A stretch of 32,000 nucleotides of DNA from Methanococcus maripaludis. Its GTDB lineage: Archaea; AGJL01; Methanococci; Methanococcales; Methanococcaceae. Position numbers and translations under genes: made by a program. This document shows, in pieces, positions 28,526 to 32,000 of this stretch. Numbering within the stretch: position 1 is the stretch's first letter; every line of letters starts with the position of its first letter. Below the pieces are notes generated by a model. It saw nothing but the letters and a program-made list of their open reading frames with translations, did no database searches and had not been told where the DNA came from. The stretch spans positions 1,350,001-1,382,000 of the forward strand of contig NZ_CP026606.1 in assembly GCF_002945325.1 (NCBI RefSeq), read 5' to 3'.

Positions 28526-28599
28526 TGGGGCCGCCGAGATTCGAACTCGGGTTGCACGCCCCCCAGACGCACAGGATGGCCAGGCTACCCCACGGCCCC
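28526..28599 (-). tRNA. tRNA-Pro (anticodon GGG)
   Basis: Manual cloverleaf on the minus strand: GGGGCCG / CGGCCCC acceptor, A discriminator, loop CTGGGGG giving anticodon GGG, T-arm CCGAG-TTCGAAT-CTCGG. CCA is not encoded. Confidence 0.92.
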
Positions 28600-28636
28600 G
28601 TCTGAATAGATTGGTAATAAGTAAATAATAAAGTAA

Positions 28637-28843
28637 TTATTTGTATTCGACTATGTCGTCAAATAATTCTCTGTCATTGTCCAATCTGTGGGATGCGAAC
28701 ATTCTTCTACAACAGTATTTTTTGATTTCTAAATCGTTTAAAATTTCTTCTGGGTTTTCGCCATTTTTGAGTCTAGTTCTGTATTCTTCATAAACTTCAG
28801 AAATTACATTCCCACAAGAAAAACATCTGATTGGAAATATCAC
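28637..28843 (-). CDS. rpoN: DNA-directed RNA polymerase subunit N (Rpo10)
   Basis: MIFPIRCFSCGNVISEVYEEYRTR...KKYCCRRM; GTG start at 28843 follows AGGTGGT. Confidence 0.95.
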   Translation of the reverse strand: MIFPIRCFSCGNVISEVYEEYRTRLKNGENPEEILNDLEIKKYCCRRMFASHRLDNDRELFDDIVEYK

Positions 28844-28881
28844 TATTACCACCTAAAAAACGTAAAGGGAAAGAAAAATAA

Positions 28882-29286
28882 TTATCTGTATGATTTCTGT
28901 CTTTTAGCTCTTGGACCTTTTGAGGACTTACTTGGTTTGTGTGGTTCGGTTCTTCTTGCGTCACTGACAAGTAATGTTCTGTCGTAACTTAAGAATTTTT
29001 CTTTCAAATCCATTTTACCAGTAAATTCAACAATAGCTTTACCTAAAGCGGTTCTTGTAGCATCCATTTGGCTTACTATACCGCCACCTTTAACATCAAT
29101 ATCTACATCAATGCTGCTTAAAGCTTCGCCTGCTAAGATAACAGGTTCCATTAATTTCATTTTGATGTATTTAGGTTCCATTAATTCTAATGGTTTTTTG
29201 TTAATTCTGATTTTACCGCTTCCTTCTTTTGCAGTAGCTCTTGCAATTGCGGTTCTTCTTTTACCTACTGTGTGGACTACTTTCAC
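28882..29286 (-). CDS. rps9: 30S ribosomal protein uS9
   Basis: VGKRRTAIARATAKEGSGKIRINKKPL...RRTEPHKPSKSSKGPRAKRQKSYR. Confidence 0.97.
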   Translation of the reverse strand: MKVVHTVGKRRTAIARATAKEGSGKIRINKKPLELMEPKYIKMKLMEPVILAGEALSSIDVDIDVKGGGIVSQMDATRTALGKAIVEFTGKMDLKEKFLSYDRTLLVSDARRTEPHKPSKSSKGPRAKRQKSYR

Positions 29287-29299
29287 ACTTTCACCTCAA

Positions 29300-29713
29300 T
29301 TAGAATTTAGCACCTAAGAATTGGCTTAATTCTCCAACGGTTACATATTTGATTGTATTTGGTGCGCTACCTAAGTTAATATCGATAGAAACCCCTTCAG
29401 GAACTCCAACTTCAATTTTAATTTTTTTGAAAGCTTCTACTCCTCTAGGTTTTTTGTAGGGAAGCATTCCTCTGATAACTCTTCTTACGATGTCGTCAGG
29501 TCTTCTAGGGTATTTTGGACCCATTTTTTTAGGGTTTGAAATACTTTTTCTTGTTCTGAGTTGTACATATTTTTGGAATATGTATTCTTTGTTTCCAGTC
29601 ATAATTGCTTTTTCAGCGTTTACAACGGTTATTTCTTCACCGCTTAGTGCAAGTTTAGCAACGTATGAAGCTAATCTTCCAACAACTGCATTTTCAGCGT
29701 TTACAACAACCAT
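29300..29713 (-). CDS. rpl13: 50S ribosomal protein uL13
   Basis: VVVNAENAVVGRLASYVAKLAL...RRVIRGMLPYKKPRGVEAFKKIKIEVGVP. Confidence 0.97.
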   Translation of the reverse strand: MVVVNAENAVVGRLASYVAKLALSGEEITVVNAEKAIMTGNKEYIFQKYVQLRTRKSISNPKKMGPKYPRRPDDIVRRVIRGMLPYKKPRGVEAFKKIKIEVGVPEGVSIDINLGSAPNTIKYVTVGELSQFLGAKF

Positions 29714-29733
29714 AATTCCACCTTCGTGTTTAA

Positions 29734-30096
29734 TTACGCCATAATGGTTACTTTAGAACCTTTAGGGTTTTCTGCAATAAGTTCTTCGATTGTTAAACAT
29801 TTTCCGCCTACAGCTTCAATTGCTGATTTCGCAGTTTCTGAGAATGAAAATGCTGCAACGGTTACGTTTACTTTTAATGACCCAGCACCGAGTACTTTGC
29901 CTGGAATTAATAATACATCGCCTTCTGATGCATATCTGCTGATTTTGCTTACGTTTACTTCAACTTTTTTTCTAGCTGGTTTAGCTAACTTTTTAGCAAC
30001 ATCTTTCCAGATTGGTGCGCTGTTTTTGAATGATTCTTCTTTTAACTTCTGAATCAATTCAGGAGTTTTTGGGTTTGTTGACATGATTTTTTTCAT
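29734..30096 (-). CDS. rpl18e: 50S ribosomal protein eL18
   Basis: STNPKTPELIQKLKEESFKNSAPIWKDVAKKLAKPARK...VLLIPGKVLGAGSL. ATG at 30096 is preceded by GGGTGAA. Confidence 0.95.
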   Translation of the reverse strand: MKKIMSTNPKTPELIQKLKEESFKNSAPIWKDVAKKLAKPARKKVEVNVSKISRYASEGDVLLIPGKVLGAGSLKVNVTVAAFSFSETAKSAIEAVGGKCLTIEELIAENPKGSKVTIMA

Positions 30097-30152
30097 AAAT
30101 TCACCCTTATGATATTGATTCATAATTTCCAATAATTTGGAAGAAAGAGTAA

Positions 30153-30740
30153 TTAATTTTCGTCACTTAATTCTTGGCCTTCTAATTCTAATAAGAATTT
30201 TTCAGCTTTATTTTTTAAAATTTCAAGTGAAGATCTTATAATGTCTTCAGCATCCATGTTTCCGAATGACTCAATTTTAAATTCCACTTCGTCATTTGAT
30301 ATTTGTTTGTAACTTGCATTGCAGGGTTGCCATTTTGCATGAATTTTTCCTGTGCCAACAAGAGCTTCGGTTTCTAACTCAAGTTTTTGGTCTTCTGCTA
30401 ATTTTACTATAGGAATATTTTCAAAAGCAGGCTCACCGGATTCTGATTTTAAATCTGATGAATATACTGTACAAGGTCCTTCTTTGGATATTGTAAGTAC
30501 TATAACTTCATCACCGCTTACCGGAACTCCTTTTATTGGAATTAATCCAAGTCTGTGAGCTAGAACTTCATCGTACATTGAAGATGTGTTTTCATAAAAG
30601 TATACATTTTCAATAGCATATGTAGGAACTTCTGAAATCATTATTCTTCTCAATGCACTGGAAAAAGATAAAGGGGCTTTTAATTCCATTTTCATGATTT
30701 CCCCTATTCTCTTTTCCTCTTTTTGGATATTTTTTATCAA
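30153..30740 (-). CDS. rpoD: DNA-directed RNA polymerase subunit D (Rpo3)
   Basis: LSFSSALRRIMISEVPTYAIENVYFYENTSSMYDEVLAHRLGLIPIKG; TTG start at 30740 inferred from upstream GGTGAT (ORF-track start is 30752). Confidence 0.93.
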   Translation of the reverse strand: MIKNIQKEEKRIGEIMKMELKAPLSFSSALRRIMISEVPTYAIENVYFYENTSSMYDEVLAHRLGLIPIKGVPVSGDEVIVLTISKEGPCTVYSSDLKSESGEPAFENIPIVKLAEDQKLELETEALVGTGKIHAKWQPCNASYKQISNDEVEFKIESFGNMDAEDIIRSSLEILKNKAEKFLLELEGQELSDEN

Positions 30741-30752
30741 AAAAATCACCAA

Positions 30753-31127
30753 TTATCTGTTCTTTCTTTTTGGTGTAGTACCATCGTGTGGAATTGGTGT
30801 AGCATCTTCAATTCTTCCGATTCTGATTCCTGCTCTTGATAATGCTCTGATAGCAGCTTGTGCACCAGGTCCTGGGTTTTTGGATTTCTGGCCGCCTGTA
30901 GCTCTGACCTTTACGTGTACCTGATCAATTCCTTTATCTCTCATCAAGTCTGCTATTTTGAATGCAGCTTGCATTGCAGCGTATGGAGATGATTCATCTC
31001 TCTGGTTTCTTACAATCATACCGCCTGAAACTTTAGCGATTGTTTCTGCTCCAGTTAAATCAGTAACGTGGAGAATTGTATTGTTGTATGATGCATAAAT
31101 GTGTACTAATCCCCATTTTTGACTCAT
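30753..31127 (-). CDS. rps11: 30S ribosomal protein uS11
   Basis: [32 protein letters not shown]...[22 protein letters not shown]. Confidence 0.97.
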   Translation of the reverse strand: MSQKWGLVHIYASYNNTILHVTDLTGAETIAKVSGGMIVRNQRDESSPYAAMQAAFKIADLMRDKGIDQVHVKVRATGGQKSKNPGPGAQAAIRALSRAGIRIGRIEDATPIPHDGTTPKRKNR

Positions 31128-31136
31128 GTAATCACC

Positions 31137-31673
31137 TTATTGATTTTCTTCGCTTGTTGCGGCAGTTCTTTCTGGGTGGTTTTCTGAAGCCATTGGTGAG
31201 TTGGACACGTATTCTATCGCATCATTTTCAGCTACTGAAATCAAGTATGCTGGAGCTGTAACTCTTTTGCCGTTTACTGCAATGTGGCCGTGAACAATGA
31301 ACTGTCTAGCTTGTTTTGGTGTTTTAGCGAGACCTTTTCTGAATACAATGGTCTGCAATCTTCTTTCTAAGATACTTTCAATGTTTAATGAAAGAACGTG
31401 ATCGAGTGTTGGTTCTTCTTCAATTAAAATTGCGTATCTTTTTAAGACATTGAATAATTGAACAGCTTCTTTTCCACCTTGTGTGGTAGTGTCGCTGATT
31501 AATTTTCTTGCTTGTCTTCTGTAGTTCCTTAATTGGGTTTCCATTTTCCAGAGTTCTTTTTTGTTAACTAACCCATATTTTTGGCTAATTTCTTTTTCTT
31601 TCTGGATCCTTTCCCCAATCCATGGATGGTTAGGTGTGTCGTATTTTTTACCCAATCTTCTTGGATCTCCCAT
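31137..31673 (-). CDS. rps4: 30S ribosomal protein uS4
   Basis: MGDPRRLGKKYDTPNHPWIGERI...ERRLQTIVFRKGLAKTPKQARQFIVHGHIAVNGKRV. Confidence 0.97.
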   Translation of the reverse strand: MGDPRRLGKKYDTPNHPWIGERIQKEKEISQKYGLVNKKELWKMETQLRNYRRQARKLISDTTTQGGKEAVQLFNVLKRYAILIEEEPTLDHVLSLNIESILERRLQTIVFRKGLAKTPKQARQFIVHGHIAVNGKRVTAPAYLISVAENDAIEYVSNSPMASENHPERTAATSEENQ

Positions 31674-31696
31674 TTTTTCACCTTTTTATCATTTTA

Positions 31697-32000
31697 TTAT
31701 TTTTTCCTCTTAACTCCCATTGAAGTTCCTTTTCTGAATGAACCTCTGGTTCTCTGTCCCCTACATGGTAATCTTAATTCGTGTCTGATACCTCTATAGC
31801 ATCTGATCTTTTTCATGTTGGTGATATCTTCTTGTACTGTGAGTACGAGGTCTGTTTCGATTAGGTGTTTATCGAGTCCTGAGTAAACATCTTTTTTCCT
31901 GTTAAACATCCATGAAGGAATTCCATGTGTTGCAGGGTCTTCTAATACTGATTCTATTTTTAAAACGTCTTCGTCAGCTAAGTAACCAGCTTGTTGTTTA
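31697..32000 (-). CDS. rps13: 30S ribosomal protein uS13, C-terminal part (5' end beyond the window)
   Basis: Frame stays open to the window edge (...KQQAGYLADEDVLKIESVLEDPATHGIPSWMFNRKKDVYSGLDKH...), ending CYRGIRHELRLPCRGQRTRGSFRKG. Confidence 0.95.
   Translation of the reverse strand, partial: KQQAGYLADEDVLKIESVLEDPATHGIPSWMFNRKKDVYSGLDKHLIETDLVLTVQEDITNMKKIRCYRGIRHELRLPCRGQRTRGSFRKGTSMGVKRKK

Noticed and set aside
28489-28572. N-terminal 28-residue extension of rpoK in the ORF track
   Set aside because: The extension runs into the tRNA-Pro gene (28526-28599), while canonical RpoK begins at the internal Met at 28488.

Overview
This 32 kb window is chromosomal DNA from an AT-rich methanogenic archaeon. 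Protein content and gene order match Methanococcus, probably M. maripaludis or a close relative. It is mostly dense housekeeping sequence with no recognisable transposon, prophage or CRISPR array. The left end (1-6.3 kb) groups sulfur-incorporation genes: DUF39/CBS and NIL/ferredoxin sulfurtransferase subunits, a MoaD/ThiS-like protein, an NcsA-like tRNA thiolase, ThiI, a second TtcA/TtuA-like PP-loop protein, and Thi4. The middle has a B12-binding radical SAM protein, NadE, a Toprim-RibD-type reductase fusion, a histone, an MtxX-like protein, a cis-prenyltransferase, Mre11/Rad50, a hydrogenase maturation protease, SelB, mevalonate kinase, a circularly permuted GTPase and chorismate synthase. 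The right end has HypC, a ferredoxin, a degenerate enolase-like protein, and an RNA polymerase/ribosomal-protein array (rpoK, rpoN, uS9, uL13, eL18, rpoD, uS11, uS4, uS13) with an embedded tRNA-Pro(GGG). The best candidate for something undescribed is a locally GC-richer, structured stretch without ORFs at about 23.62-23.82 kb, between aroC and the permuted GTPase gene. It has TATA-like elements, nested complementary segments, a possible pseudoknot and a strong plus-strand T-tract, suggesting a small structured RNA. Secondary points of interest are the Toprim-reductase fusion, the enolase-like pseudoenzyme at the ancestral eno position, the orphan PP-loop thiolase and the sulfur-gene neighbourhood.
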